A stretch of 63,356 nucleotides of DNA, counting the filler, from Bigelowiella natans CCMP2755 (Eukaryota; Protista; Cercozoa), in NCBI GenBank assembly GCA_000320545.1. It is 6 parts of 6 records of this genome, joined end to end, with 100 filler letters (N's around TTAATTAATTAA, not from the genome) between each part and the next. Parts side by side here need not be neighbours in the genome. Positions count along the whole stretch, not along the records: positions 1 to 19,768 come from ADNK01001045.1; 5 more parts are not named here. One strand, 5' to 3'. The translations under genes were made by a program, and so were the position numbers. This document shows positions 1-14,190 of the stretch, one piece after another; position 1 is the first letter of the stretch, and each line of letters opens with the position of its first letter. The notes below the pieces were generated by a model that saw only the letters and a program-made list of their open reading frames with translations, ran no database searches and had not been told where the DNA came from.

Positions 1-84
1 GCACAAACGCACACGTACGTATTTGCGCTCATTGCTAAGATCTAAAAGAACAGAAATGGCTTCCCTCCTACCCCCCCGCACACC

Positions 85-261
85 TGCCCGTCATTCGCGC
101 ACGAGGCTACGAAATCGCCACTGGGGTCCAGGCTGAGGAAGTTGATAGGCCCAGCATGCGTGTTCAGCTTCACGCTCTCGTTGCCTTTGTCATAAACAAC
201 ATTTATGGAACACTAATAAGAAGAGAAACCCTTGGAAACTAAAATAAGAGATTTTGAAGCA

Positions 262-308
<47 letters not shown>

Positions 309-1242
309 ATATTTAAGCCTGTATTTCTGTGTGAAGGGAGGATGGCAGAGGGGGGGGTTGGTTGGGGACACCGTTGAGATCGAGTATGTGTATCGCCCCG
401 CTTTTCGTTCCTACGACGAGAAATTTCTCATGTGCCGCGAAACAGCATATAGAGTCCTTCTGCAGTATCTCAGGGACGCTCTCATCTAAGCGTTGATACT
501 TGAGAATCGGCTCCTCCTGTATTGAGAGGAAGCATGGGCGTCCAATAGCAATTAGTATTCTTCCAATTCATGGTAGTAATAATAAATAAGAGGGCGTGCA
601 ATTCTGTTCCTCTACGCTTTCTTCCTGTGAAAAAGCATTCATTCACCAAACCTCATCGTCATCATCCTCCTCGTCTTCGTCCTCATCCTCCTCATCCATC
701 TCGTCCTCATCGTAGTCATCCTATACCATAAGAACCCGAAGTCAATCAGTTTCATAAAAGACGTCTATTGACGTGCACCAAGGGGCTTCCACATGTTTTC
801 CCACCCTCTCAAACTTTCTTATCAAGGGAGGGGGTGGGGGGGGAGGTGATAAGTATTAGAACCTCTTCTTCATCCTCGTCTTCGTCGTAATCATAGCTTG
901 TTCCCATTTGACGACGCGGGGTCACGGAATCTCCCTCCTCGTCTTCATTAGTGTCTGTATTATGACTGCTGGCTAGCCCCCCCGACCGTTTGTTCTCCTT
1001 CCAGTCTTGCCCGTCCCCTCTCTTTTTAACGTCACCTGTGGTGGGGAGACAGTGTAAAGTGAGCACCGACTCGATGTTTTTGTGGCTGGCGAGGATTCCG
1101 GGCTGCGCCCGGGTTTTTGAAAGTGATATATATGCGCATAATGTCGATTTCCCCCCCCACCTCTCCCTCCCACACAAGAAAACTAACCGCTTCTTCTAAT
1201 ATCAATGCATTCACAGATAGCACCGTTTTCAGGGCGTTCCAT
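85..1242 (-). CDS. VPS41: Vacuolar protein sorting 41 (HOPS subunit), 5' exons; continues past left edge
   Basis: Phase-consistent GT-AG exons about 1242-1188, 1035-863, 720-652, 516-372 and 184-85. They give an acidic N-terminus, then EEPILKYQRL..KDSICCFAAHEKFLVVGTKSGAIHILDLNGNESVKLNTHAGPINFLSLDPSGDFVASCANDGQ, the characteristic Vps41 N-terminal propeller. Confidence 0.9.
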
Positions 1243-1688
1243 TCCTCGTCAGCTGACACCGCCGCCACCCCCGCCCCGTATGTTGGCAGTTATTTGGAAC
1301 CGAAGATTAGAGGCCTGCTACTGCAATCGCCGACTTCGAAGCCCGCGGGTTCAACGCGCAAGGCTTTATGTCGAGATAGGGGGGCGGGTAAGCCGGGCAA
1401 GGGTTTTTATTTTTCAGATTTACAAATTCACATAATATTGTTTTAGTCTCCAAATAGATTTCCTTTTCGGGTAACGTCTTGATATCCAGAGCGATATTGG
1501 AATGAAAAAGAACGTTTTGCCCAGCCAATCATAGAATCAATTTTTCAATGGGACATCAACTTATAGATATTATATCGATGGATGGAAAAACTTAATATTA
1601 AGCATAAAATATCAATCAATTCTTACCAAAAAAGTGTATCTCCCCGCCTCGACTGAACGATATCAGCAAAAATTAAGCTATCAAAATT

Positions 1689-3540
1689 ATGCCAGGATCT
1701 ACAGAGCGCTCTTCAGTAAATATTGGATATCTTCCGATGACGCGACCGTGAAACCTTATCCAAACTGGAAAGGAAAAATAGCATCTATTTCCGATATTCT
1801 GGAGTGAAAGTCGATGTCGTACGTGATAATCCCTATTAAGGGTACTTGCACCGAATCTCTCCTACCAAACCTATGCAGTGGTACTCCCCCATAGAAGCGG
1901 TTGAGAGTCATCTTGAAGAATCTGGAGGAGTCCTTGCCGTCACTATTCGCATCGTTAACCGCTACTACTAATTTCAAATGGGTGCGACAATCAGAACTCC
2001 TCCAATTGAAAGGGCCCGAATCCATAACCCAGCCCTGCACCAAAGTCGAGCCATGAAAAACTGGAAGAAGAATCGTGGAGAAAGGTTTATTGTAAATTAC
2101 ACTTGTTATGCGTGGGTGCAAGTGTGAGTGAGCAATATATCACGTACACTCTGCAAAGATCACGTTTATAACATGTAAGCAGTAACAGCTTCTTGTATTC
2201 TTTTTAGGATGACTGTTGGGTTGACGTTGAAGAAGACGATTTATCAGACAATGACATAGTTGATAAAACGGGTACATGATACTAATTGTGCAAAATTTAT
2301 ACGCCGTTGTGCTTGCCGTTAAAAAATCAATATCCTCCCCAACGTTGCTACCATCATCGGCGTTTCAAAGTCATCATCATCATCACCTCAATTTAGGTAA
2401 AGCTTTGGAAAGTTTTTGGGGTATTCCGCAAGATCGTATGCGCTTCACAGTAAAGGGAGACAATAGGGTAACATGTGCGCATTACATCTTAGTTATCGCC
2501 ATCATCGCCCCCGTCACTATCACAGGATGACTCAAACGTTGCTGTGAGCTGAAATGATTCTAGTCGAGGCGAAAATGAGAATCCCTAATCATTTAAGCAC
2601 GTCCTGAACTTTAATATGTCTTTCTCAAGTACAAAGAGGTGAGGAAAGATATCTTGAAAAGATTCAAATAGCCTGGCATTCTCGTTCAAGCTCTACCATA
2701 GAAGCCTGAAGAATCCGAAGGTGCTGCTGCGCCCCACCCTAACCCTGTCCTTTACGAAACCGAACTCCAGCCCCACCGGACACGGACCGTATTCACGAAT
2801 CAACAATCCAATCCGAAATCAAGCTCTTAGACTTAACCTTTTGTTCTTCAGGCGTCCGAATCTCTCGATCCTGCTGCAACCGAAGAACATCAGAGACAAA
2901 AACTGAAGATTACGGGGCTCATCTGCATCTCGAAGGGCGCGTACTCGCTAGCATTCACGTTCAACAACCCGCTGGCAGAGCTTGCAGCTCATGTGTATGG
3001 CACAGTAGGTATAAAGGATCGAGAACTGGAGTGGGCCGAGACGACTGAAAATTTGAGAAAAAAGGACTTTTAGAGCGGAGCTGCACGATCTGATGGATCG
3101 AAGAGAAAGGGCAGCCAAAGGTGGAGGAGGAGAAGCAGTAGAAGACGGCGGCAGAGCGCGTTTCACAACTGTCATCCAGCATGATGTGCTCTCCTCAGGC
3201 GCCATCAGAAGAAATCAAAATGGTCGAAAAGGCCCAGACAGGGGATGAAGCAGATTCTGAGGAAGAGAGTCAAGCAGTCAAGGAGCCAAGCGTCGAGTGC
3301 GATCAAGGTCAAGGCTCTTTACTCACTATTCTCCTCTTTTCATTTTTGTTCTCCTCTGCATGCTTTCCTTCTTTGGCGTTCCCAATTTTGCCATCGCGCT
3401 ATCCTCTTATCACGTGCGTAGCACGTGACATTGCTCAAGATCAATACGCACGCTACACTCATTCGAAGCTAAGGCAAAAGGACAAACAGCAAGAGTGCGG
3501 TGATGAAAAGCGCCACTTCGTACGCCATCTTTCCTCGTAG
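1689..3540 (+). CDS. Putative multi-exon gene of unknown function
   Basis: Several AG/GT-bounded open segments (e.g. about 2033-2084, 2208-2271, 2852-3075, 3199-3307). No family recognised and the exon chain is unresolved. Confidence 0.3.
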
Positions 3541-4089
3541 CGGATGTCATGGGTGTGACTGATGAGATGCCGCAGATAGGACATCTAAAACTACGTTGCA
3601 TTGGATTTCTTACATGCGTGCACGCACTAAAACATGCGTATGCAAACGAGGACTCATCGATCACACATCACTGTGATACACATCTAGACATGTTAGCATG
3701 GCACACATATGGCGATGCTAAGACATATGATGCACAGCTGAATGGCTAGATGGCGCTATGGGACACATGCATACATGCATATGGGAACATGTTGGATTCC
3801 TGCTGGATCGATGCATGCGTGGCCCCGTGAATACAAGCGATGCGAGCGTGTTCGCCCCTGCTTTCTCGTGTACATATGTAATTGTTTACCATCAAATTGC
3901 TTCTACCTGCGAGCATATATGCAGAACACTTTACAGTGGGTTCACACGTTGTTGTCCAACAGACTCCGCTGAAGAAGATTCTCACCCTTTATATACATTT
4001 AAAATTGCCTTCGTCGCCGACAGAAATAAACTCCGCGGCTCACTGCCATCATCGTATTCATGCCTCGGAACGCACCATCATCGAATTCA

Positions 4090-5245
4090 TCATTTTAACA
4101 GTGAAGGGTGGATGTGACTGGGGACTCGACCGAAGCACTCCCGATACATTTTCTTCATCCTAACAAAGCCGGAGGAAGATTTCAAATATGCTGCACGAAT
4201 ACTACTTTCTGATGACTGGAAGAGAACCGATAATGTTCGTGGGAAAATCATCGGCAGATATTCAGTCGGGAATCATAGGAGAAAGGACATAAATAGACCA
4301 TTTTGAAGGAGAAACTCCGTTGGACTCTTTGCCAGCTTTCTCCTTGCTCAAGCTGCTCGGGGGCAACTCCTCTTTTTCATCGTAGTTACCGAGAGATTCC
4401 AAGGCATTCCTGCTAAGTCCCATCTCCTTTTGGAGCCTGATTGCACATATTTCCGAATTTAGATGCTGCCTCTATCAGACTTGACTGGCCGATCTCGTAG
4501 TATTACATGTTACATAGAATCTCCATCCATTGAACCAGCTCCGCTCTGCAATAGCATAGGTCTCAGCACGCACATCGTGATAAATTCATACACGATAACA
4601 TACACCCATCGTATCAAGCCGAACAAGATGCATGCAGCTGCCGCCGTCCCTTCGCCGCTGGCGGGTATACTTACATGGATGGGCTCTTTGAGGTCGCGAG
4701 ACACACCACATTAGACGGCAGAGCGCTCTTCGCCTCCTGCAGCACCTGCCGGCACATCGCCGAGAAGCGCCCCATCTCCTCCATCAAAAGGGCAATCTTG
4801 CTCAGATCCGATCGCAGCGCGCGAAGAATTTTCTCCATTTCTTGCACGTGCTTGGCCGTTAGAAGCCGGGTGATGTCCTTGAAGCTCGCCAACGCGCCGA
4901 GGTTTTCCTTTTTGGTCCCACTGATCAGCCGGACCCTCAGGTTCTCTCCTGCGAAATATAGGAATTCTATTTTTATCCACATGGATGAGGATGGAGGAAG
5001 GGGGGACGCGGGAGTCGACCTGAAGCGCGAAGACGGCGAGTACCCTCGCACAATTCCACCAGCGTCTGCGCGCATGGCTTGGCCTTCCGGTACGTTTCCT
5101 GTATGCTCTTGACGAACGTCAACGCAGCATCATCCACCACCTTCGATCCGGAATAGGACGAAGGAGAAGAAGGCGGCTGGAGCTGCTGTCTCCGGACTTG
5201 ATTTTCCCGCAGGTCCTGGGCTAGAGCCCATCCCTCAGCAGCCAT
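4090..5245 (-). CDS. C1orf109/AIRIM-like protein (AFG2-interacting ribosome maturation factor family)
   Basis: Spliced reading ..NLGALASFKDITRLLTAKHVQEMEKILRAL..LATSKSPSIAELVQWMEIL resembles the C1orf109 motifs ALRAFPDL..LRRKQ and SPSVADMLEWL. The 3' end is approximate. Confidence 0.65.
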
Positions 5246-5490
5246 TTGGGAATTTAATGGCTCGGAGGGAGGGGGGGGGGGGGCGCTCGGTTTACGTCTG
5301 CTCCCCCTTTTGGAGTATGGGGAGAGCCCGTTTCAGATATTTCGGAACAAAGTTTAGAAGAAAAGGAGACTGATTCATCATCAGCGTCCTAATTAATGAG
5401 TTGTCGCATGTAAAATTTCGCATAGTTTTCTGCCATCATCGGTAAATTTCAGAAGCCAAGATAGGTCAGATTCCGAGTGGAGAGTGGCTT

Positions 5491-6884
5491 ATGGGCTGCG
5501 GCTCGCCCCCCCTACGCCGCCGCAATGGCCGCCACGTCTGTCGCAGAAACTGGATGGTTCTGGTGACGGTGATCGTGACAATTCTGGCCCGAATCCGCGG
5601 CAGAAAGGGTGAGTGCGAATGGTGGCGGAAAAGAATGGGACCCTCGCATGTTTAAAAGCCGACGGAAGTCACAAAAGCAATACTATATAGATGCACAACT
5701 TTTCCCCATTTCTTTAAAACTAATCATTAGGGCTGCTGCAGCGCCCAACCCGGGTGCAGAGGCGTCTGGCGATGACGACTAAGTTGAATGCAGACGTGCT
5801 GGAATTTCGGCCCGGAAAGGTCACGGACGGGGCTCCGAGGCGGGATTCTTCGAATGCAACAAGGTAGGCTTGCTTCTCGACGTGTGCACCGACGGCGACA
5901 GCGTTGCGTGTGCCTCTGATTCATTTCTTGATTCATCCAACACACAGCAGCAGGAGCATTCTTGCCTGTGGCAATTATGAGCTGTTGGCGAACGGCAGCA
6001 AGACCGGCATGGTGCATCTGTTTCGCTGCGAGTGGAACGCGACTACGACAGGCGCCGCCAGCCTCGTGCCTATCCTTGTGCGCCCCCCCCCACCTTGCTA
6101 TTTCTTTCGTTGTGGTCATCGTCATCGTCATCGTCATCGTCATCTTTCGTCGTTTACGTCAAGCAAAGAAGGCTAGGAGGATATATGATACTTGTACGGG
6201 TGCTGCTTACGATAGGAGGATGAGTGATGATAGAAGCGATGACCTCCCCCCCTCCCCCCCCCCCCCATCGGAAGTAACTTGCGCCAATTTCAGAGCGTGG
6301 ACACGCCTGCGGTTTTCGACCTGAGATGGATCACGACGGCCAGTGAGGGAAGCGGAGGGGTCGGGAGCGATCTTCTGGCGGTTGGCGGGGCTGACGGCGC
6401 CATTCGGCTCTATGCCTTCTCAGAGCAAAACAGCTCTCTGCGTGAACTATGCGTGGCAAGCCCAAGCGGCCAAGGCAACACGAAAGGTAGGAGGGTTAAG
6501 AAATAACCGTCATTTGGTACACCAATATTCCCTCAGCTTCTCCACCGAACTCAGGCCAAGCGTCGGTCCTCGCTCTCTCCTCCATTGCATATCGCAATCG
6601 GTGGCGGGGGCGACGGCGGTGGGGGGGTGGAGGCCCTTTCGCTCTACAGGAAGGGGATGGCGGTGAGGGAGGGAGCGGCAGCGACGCTCGAGCAGAGGAG
6701 AAAGAGAGGGGGGGGGAGGGGAGTGAAGAGCACCAGAACAACGATATCGATGTGGGATCGAAGGAAGTGCTGCTAGCAGCCTCACACTCTGATCATACAG
6801 TTTCACTGTGGAGATGTCTTCGCCGGCAAACATTCGATGACGCTCGGGGATCTCAATCCTCCTCATCATCATCATCATCAAAAT

Positions 6885-6915
<31 letters not shown>

Positions 6916-7111
6916 AGCATCACCATCGTCGTTGTTGAAGTCTGTATCGTTATCATCATCATCATCACCATCATCATCGTCATCATCATTATCATCATCA
7001 TCATCATTATCATCCTTCCAATGGGAGCTCGAGCCGCAAGCTCGATGGAAGGCACATCCGGTGAATAGATGCAACGCACACATAAAACAAAAGCATACAG
7101 ACACGCGCGCG

Positions 7112-7180
<69 letters not shown>

Positions 7181-7676
7181 ATTTACAACATATACAACAT
7201 ATTTCAGGCCTCGGCGGAGGTCTGGGCGGTGGCATTAGTATCCTGCTGCTGCCAGGAACGGAAGGCAAACAACAGTCAAGTCCTTCTTCTACTCACTGGA
7301 GCAGACGATGGCTTGATGAAGGTGGTGGTGGTGGTGTTTTTGATGATGCAGCACATGACTACTCTCAGCGTTGTTTCGAGAATGTTTGGGCAAACATGAA
7401 AGGAGACGAGGATGATGACGAGTCCTCTGTGATCTGGGAACCGTGCGTGCGCTCTATCTTCCCCCCCTCCCCCCCCTCTCCTGATATCTATGTCTCTGAG
7501 CGTGTGTGTGTGTGTGTGTGTGCGTACGTTTGTTGTTAAAAGGTGTGGAACGCTTCTACTGGCGAGCTGCTGCTTACTAACCGGTTGTTTGTTGCTGTAT
7601 AGCGACACTTGCACATGTTTCATTGGCACCATCATCATCAACACCCTTAATCATCATCATCATCAGCAGCAGCAGC

Positions 7677-7714
<38 letters not shown>

Positions 7715-8681
7715 GTCTGTCTAAATACACCAGATAATACTAATGCAATACATGTCGATAACCAGCGACCACACAGCCGGCGTGTGCGTGATAGTCCCCC
7801 ACCCCATGTGCGCCACTGGTAGCGAAGCTTCCTCGTCGAAGGGCGAGTCTGCAGCAGCAATAAGCAGCACCATAATTGCTACTGGGAGCTACGATGGGCA
7901 TGTAAGAATCTTCGAGTTGGTGGCAAGTCGTGGCCGAGACGAAGACCAACTTTCTGTGAGTGTTAACCTCGTCGCATCCGCGCGCATCAGCGCTGATGAT
8001 GGGGGCGACGCTGCCGGGGTCTGGCGACTTCGATGGTAGCAGATCTGCCAGGATAGGCGTTTTGATTTTTTGAACGTATTCTCCATTTATATTTATATTT
8101 CTAGTCGCATAACATCACCATCATCACCATCATCATCATCACCATCATCACCATCATCATCATCATCATCATCATCATCATAATCATCAACGTCCTTTCC
8201 CTCGTCTTCATCGTCATTTCCCGCCGCCATTCTCAACACCGCTTCCCCAATCACTGCCGCGTCCATCAGGCACCCCACGTTCCCATGTCTCCTCCTCGCA
8301 GCGTGCACTCATGGAGGCTTCCGTGTCCTTCAATGGCAGGGGGGGGAGAAACGAATGGGGGGGGGGAGGAGAATGGCGGAAAGCAGGTGCGCTGCTCACG
8401 ATTGCGTTAATGATCTAAGGAACAACACAGATACTGAGCAACGTGGAGACGGTCACGACCTTGTTCAAATTGCTGCCTACCGAGAGCACGAATCTCTAGC
8501 CTACGGCTGCGATTGGATGGCTCCTATGTTACCTCAGCACCAAACTGCCATTGGTGATGATAGAGCTGGTCGAAATGACAATAAGGGCGACTCGAAGCAT
8601 CCTCCGTTGCTTCTAGGAGCAGCAACGTGCGCTTTCTACGACAAATCACTACACGTATGGACCATCGATCTCGCGAATTAG
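5491..8681 (+). CDS. DPH7: Diphthine methylesterase DPH7/WDR85 (WD40 protein)
   Basis: Exons encode NADVLEF, ILACGNYEL, AVFDLRW, WKAH..AEVW, LLTGADDG, HTAGV, ATGSYDGHVRIF, GVWRLRW, LLLAACTHGGF, YREHESLAYGCDW and ATCAFYDKSLHVW, the Dph7 motif series in order. The start codon is uncertain. Confidence 0.88.
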
Positions 8682-9571
8682 CGATTCGAATGTGGCGCAC
8701 CGTGCGAATCTTGGAGCCATGTGCATTGTAAAGTCGAGCGCATGTGTTTTGTTATCGCTTATCAAATTAGCAGTGAAGTAGAGAGGAAAGCTTACTCTCA
8801 ATGATAGCTCGAGACACAGATGGCATGCGTAGCAAGTTTATTGTGTTCGAGTCTTCGATGTGCTCTCGCTCTAAACACAAAATGCATGCGCGAACGTTTC
8901 CGCCGGGCGGAGAGCTGCAAACTGCAATGGGAGCGACACGCCACAGACTCGTAAGAAATCAATTACAACATCGTATCACGTGTCACAAATTGTGTGGCGC
9001 GTAGCTTAAAGTGTGGTTTATGGGACACAGTACTGAGACGGCTAGGCTACGTGCATGAGCTAGATATAAGCATGCACGCGCATCAATCAATCAAGCCATC
9101 GATGACAAACAGGTGCAGCATTCTAGCATTGCATACAGCCACCACGATGATAGACGAATCGAACGAATTGTACTTCCAAGAACACTAGAACAGTGAGGCC
9201 GGCCCAACGGCCTTTTTGTCGTGATGACATCGAATGGCGTGCAGTTCGACCACGTAGGTTCTAGCTAGCTAGAGGCTATGCGCATTGTTCGCACAAACAT
9301 AGGGCATGTAACTATGAACGTTTGGTAATTCTTGCGTTGCCTAGGTGTCTTCAAATTTTGTCATGAGAGCTCTGTGAATGCAAAGGAGTCGGCACAGACT
9401 TGCATTCTGAGAAAAAGGTCACATGCATGTTGAAGGCCTTGGCATGCGCGGGCACATGCTAGCATGGTCATAAACGCAAATGCCTCCATCGAAACGTTCT
9501 CTGGTGACTCAATTTGCCGTCGATGTGAGATGTGGCAATGAGAAAAATACTTAATCTCATCTTCGTCTTTG

Positions 9572-10619
9572 CTACGAATCGGCCCTCCACGACGTCAAAG
9601 CGTAGCCCGCCGCTACACTCACCCATACGGCGATGTACAACCAGAAGAATTTGACTTGCCGCGCACGATCATGGGACGCGGCGGCGGTGCTATCGTCCTC
9701 GCCACCTCCACGATCATTTCTACCCTCTTCATGGGCTGTCACCCCGTGGACCTGCCTCGTGACTTCTTTCTTCTTATTCTTCTTCCTCCTCGTCATGCTT
9801 CTGTTATTCCTTCGCCTGAGCGCCTCGGCGTCGCTCTGGTTGCGGGCAGTAGCACCAGGTAGGAGATCCTCGATATCCGAGACCGCCCTCCCGCCTTTCC
9901 CCTCTCTACCCCCCCCCCTCTTTCTCTCCTTCTCAGCTTGGACGACCAACTGTCACCACAGGGGGGGGTGGGAGAAAAGGGTGCTCGGTGAGGCAGCAGC
10001 AGCCGGAGGGCCAGAATCACCACAAATCATCACGGCGTTGCAAATGGCTACATGGAACCCCCCCCCCCCCCCTCATTCAATGCAGGATGGGGGCGTTGAT
10101 GATTATTGTGCGCCTTTCACACCTCCTCTCGCTCATGTATGGCAGTATGTGTATAGCAGCATAGAACAGCAACAACTACCGACTACCACCACGACTTCTA
10201 CGACTATTACTACTATCATCATACAACACGCCGGGAGATAGGAGGAGAGCACGATGAAGGACGGCGTCGATTCACTGGTGTTGTGGGTGAGGAAACCTGG
10301 CCGCACGCGCCTGAGATGTCCTGCCCTTTCTCGTACCGAACTAAAACCGGGAGGAAGGGGGGAGGGGAGAAGGAGGGATTGATGCATTTAGCCGAGGCTT
10401 CAATCGAAGCGCTCATGGCAACGCTCTACGGTAAGTGCAGGTAATATATGATCTACCTGTGACGAGGACTCCCCCTTCACGAATGATTGAATGGAAAGAG
10501 CTGCCAATGTGGTGGGCATTATCGTCAAAACTTACAGGCAAACAGCAGCAGCAGCAGCAGCAGCAGCATCAGCCACGGACGAATATCCATCTCGCTCGAA
10601 ACGATTTTGCCAGAAACCA

Positions 10620-10660
<41 letters not shown>

Positions 10661-11025
10661 CGCACCGCACGCGTTCTTCAGTCGGCGCCTCATAATTCTC
10701 AGGAACATCTACGGTAGTAGTAGCAGTAGTAGTAGTAGCAGTAGTAGTAGCAGTAATAGTAGTAGCAGCAGCAGTAGTAGCAACAACAACAAACGAGAAA
10801 ATGGCGATGGCATTAAGACGAGAGCGGAGCACCTGCTTCTCTTCACCAAACGCACGCACACACGCACGCACTTTTCCCTCCTACTTTCTCTCCTCTCTAC
10901 TACTACTACCTCTACTATCACTACTACTACGACGACCTGTTGGGTTGTATGGGATGAGGTTCAGAATGACGTTCTTCCCCGATTTGCCGATCCTGTATTT
11001 GTTATCGTCATCATCATCATCATCC

Positions 11026-11059
<34 letters not shown>

Positions 11060-11067
11060 CATCATCC

Positions 11068-11100
<33 letters not shown>

Positions 11101-12213
11101 CCATCCTCATCATCATCATCATCATCATCATCATCACTATCGTCGTCGTCGTCATCGTCATCACCACCACCAAACAGACAACACACTGAATCGTGGCCAC
11201 CAACGAAGAGAACGACAGAAAAAAAAAAACCAACAACAACAACAAAAGGACAGCAGCCGGAATCGTACAAACCCACAAACGACGCAACACCACAGCACAA
11301 CCTTGGCTTCAGCAAGTCCAACAGCTGGCGTGCACACTCATCCGAGTCATTCACACCGCGTATCACAACATATTCCATCATCACCTGAAAAAAAGGGAGG
11401 AATGAAGAGGGAGACGGGGGAGGGGAGGAAGGAAATTGGGATTTGAATCAATAATCAGGCAAGGAATAACGATTAACGGCACCAAAGTATGAGCGCGAGC
11501 ATCTTTCGTCATCACACTAGCCCCCCCCCCCCCTTCCCCAACCGTTGCTCTCGCGACACGATTGACACAGCGAAGCAGTACCTTCCGCGAGGAGTTGAGG
11601 TTGACCCTGGGATCTTCCAAGTGCTCATCAAGTGCGTGCATTAGCTTTTCTGACGTATGAAGTAAATATATAATATAGCAGCAGGTGTATTGATAGGCGA
11701 GGACATGTCGTCGTCGTCATCATCGTCATCATCGTCATCATCATCATCATCATCATCATCAACATCATCATCACCGAGAGGATAAGCTCTGGCTGTCGGT
11801 ACGATTTTCTCCCTCAGCTCCTTCATACAGGGAAGAGGGGGGGGGGGAGGGGGGGGGGGGTGGAACGGGCGCTGAGTAAGAGACATACGATACGAAACAT
11901 CATCATCGTCATCATCGTGGTTCAAAACCTGTGTTGGAGCATGGAGTGAAATAGCAAGCTGCACCTATAGCCATGATAGGTGAGTATTTTTGCGTGCGTG
12001 TGCGTGAACCCGTGTGTGTGTGCGTGAACCCGTGTGCCTGTGCCTGTGCCTGTGCCTGTGCGTGTGTGAATAGATGTCTTATCCTCATCACTTGGGGGGG
12101 ACTTCTCCCAAGGGGTCTCATGTAGGGAATGACCTGCCGACCCACGTAGCATAAAAGAAGATAATACAAACGAAACTGTATAATGTATCTTTGTTCAAAA
12201 GGCATGTTTATAT

Positions 12214-12263
<50 letters not shown>

Positions 12264-12377
12264 TGTGGTGTTGGTTGTATGCCTGCAAACGTCAGTGATA
12301 ACAACAACTCACCCCAACTGTGGATACGGTGATACGAGATGGAGCAAGGCCAAATCGCCTTTGTGTGTGCAGTAAAT

Positions 12378-12412
<35 letters not shown>

Positions 12413-12498
12413 ATTGGTATACGAGGTAACGATCATACTTCTCCTCATTATCACCATTATCAATAAATCGCTCGTGCCATCAACCACCGTCCTCCCTC

Positions 12499-12536
<38 letters not shown>

Positions 12537-13263
12537 ATCATTCATTCGTTCCTTGATTAATTGCTTGATTGATGGACTGATCCATCCAAAACGACGAACA
12601 ACACAAATACCACAAACACCACAAACACCACAAACAACAACCGAGGGTCCGACATGGCCGTCACCGCCGCAAGAACGCTATCAAAGTTGTCCAGTGGTTC
12701 GCCTGCCCACCCCCAGCATCAGAAGAAGAGTGAATTAACAGAAATGAAGGAAGCAGAATGCGGTGGCGGAGGAAGGGGGGGTTGGCGAGAAGAAGCATGG
12801 CTTGCGTGCAGCTGTAACTATGCTGGTTGATAGCGCCGCTCAGAGAGCAGGAAAGTGAGGAGGATAGTGAAGAAGTGCTTCATTAAATCCAAACACACAT
12901 ACACACATACGCATACGCATACACGCACACGTATAATGATAGTAGAGACAATAATCACGACGATGATAGTGATGATGATGATGATGATGATGGTAATTTT
13001 TTATCGCTTTTTTGGTTGAAATTCTTCCGACCCATTCCCATGAATACGACGTTGCGGACAGGATTTAGTGAGTGCTGGCGAGCGTGATACCTGATATGTT
13101 TTTTTTATTTCATTATTTTTTGAGGGGAGGGTGGAAGGGCGAGGTTTATTCGAGCGGCTCACGTACAATTGCTCGATGATTTCTCCAGAGAGCAAGTGAC
13201 CACGCAGCCCTGACCATATTATGAACATTATAACAAATAGATATATGAATAAATTTTAAAAAA

Positions 13264-13300
<37 letters not shown>

Positions 13301-14146
13301 CAACATCAACATATTATAGCGTGCAGATTCAAATCCTTCGCCCCCCCCCCCAGCGCTGCTACCCATCGTGCCGGTGGCGCAGAACTTACAGCCCATACGA
13401 CAGCCGACCTACGATAAGGTCCGAACGAATCAGGTCACGGCAGAAACACACATCGAGAAGAGAAGGGTCGTTGCAATAACTGATGATCTATTCTCGAATC
13501 GCAAGTGCTTGATGAGACCCCCCCTTCCCCCCCCCCCCCTTTCCACACGCCCCTCTTCCCGTCGCAAGGTGAAGGTCGATTAACTTTGGTTTTTGCAGCA
13601 TAATCGTACTGACGAATGTCTCTATCCCATAGCGACCCATCACGGGAGATTAGCATTACCTGAGAGGACACGCACAAGGTGCTGCGCCTATTCGTGTTGT
13701 GTTTCTTCGTCTTCTTCTTGTTCTTATTCTTCTTCTCCTCCCCCCCCGTCCGGATCTTTGTCTCCCTGGCCCCAGGTCCCTCGTTCGCTCGATTCTTGCC
13801 ATTGCCATCTTCACGTGGAGGCGAGGACGCACTTGTCGTTCTAAGTCCGGGATTTAAGAGGAGAGAAGGCGGGGGTAGGGGGGGGGGGGGGGGGATCAGC
13901 GATCACGACGGAGCGAGTATGATAGGATCATGGTCGCTGATGTACATGTGCGTGTATGCACGTACGAGGAGTCGTCATCGGCGTTGTTGTTTCCAAAGTG
14001 CATGAGCACAGTCTCGATGTTGGATCCATCCTGAGTAGGGAACATTGCCACAAAACATACACAGAATGAGTCTCCGATCTGTATCATTATCATTTTGACC
14101 TACTCTCTCTCTCTCTTTCTCTTTCAAACACACACATACACACATA

Positions 14147-14190
<44 letters not shown>

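Noticed and set aside
2737-2747. CCCTAACCCT telomere-like motif
   Set aside because: It is under two units long, which is expected by chance.
10491-11388. Long poly-S/I/M/YI/CV ORFs across the window
   Set aside because: They are translations of microsatellites, or antisense to real exons.
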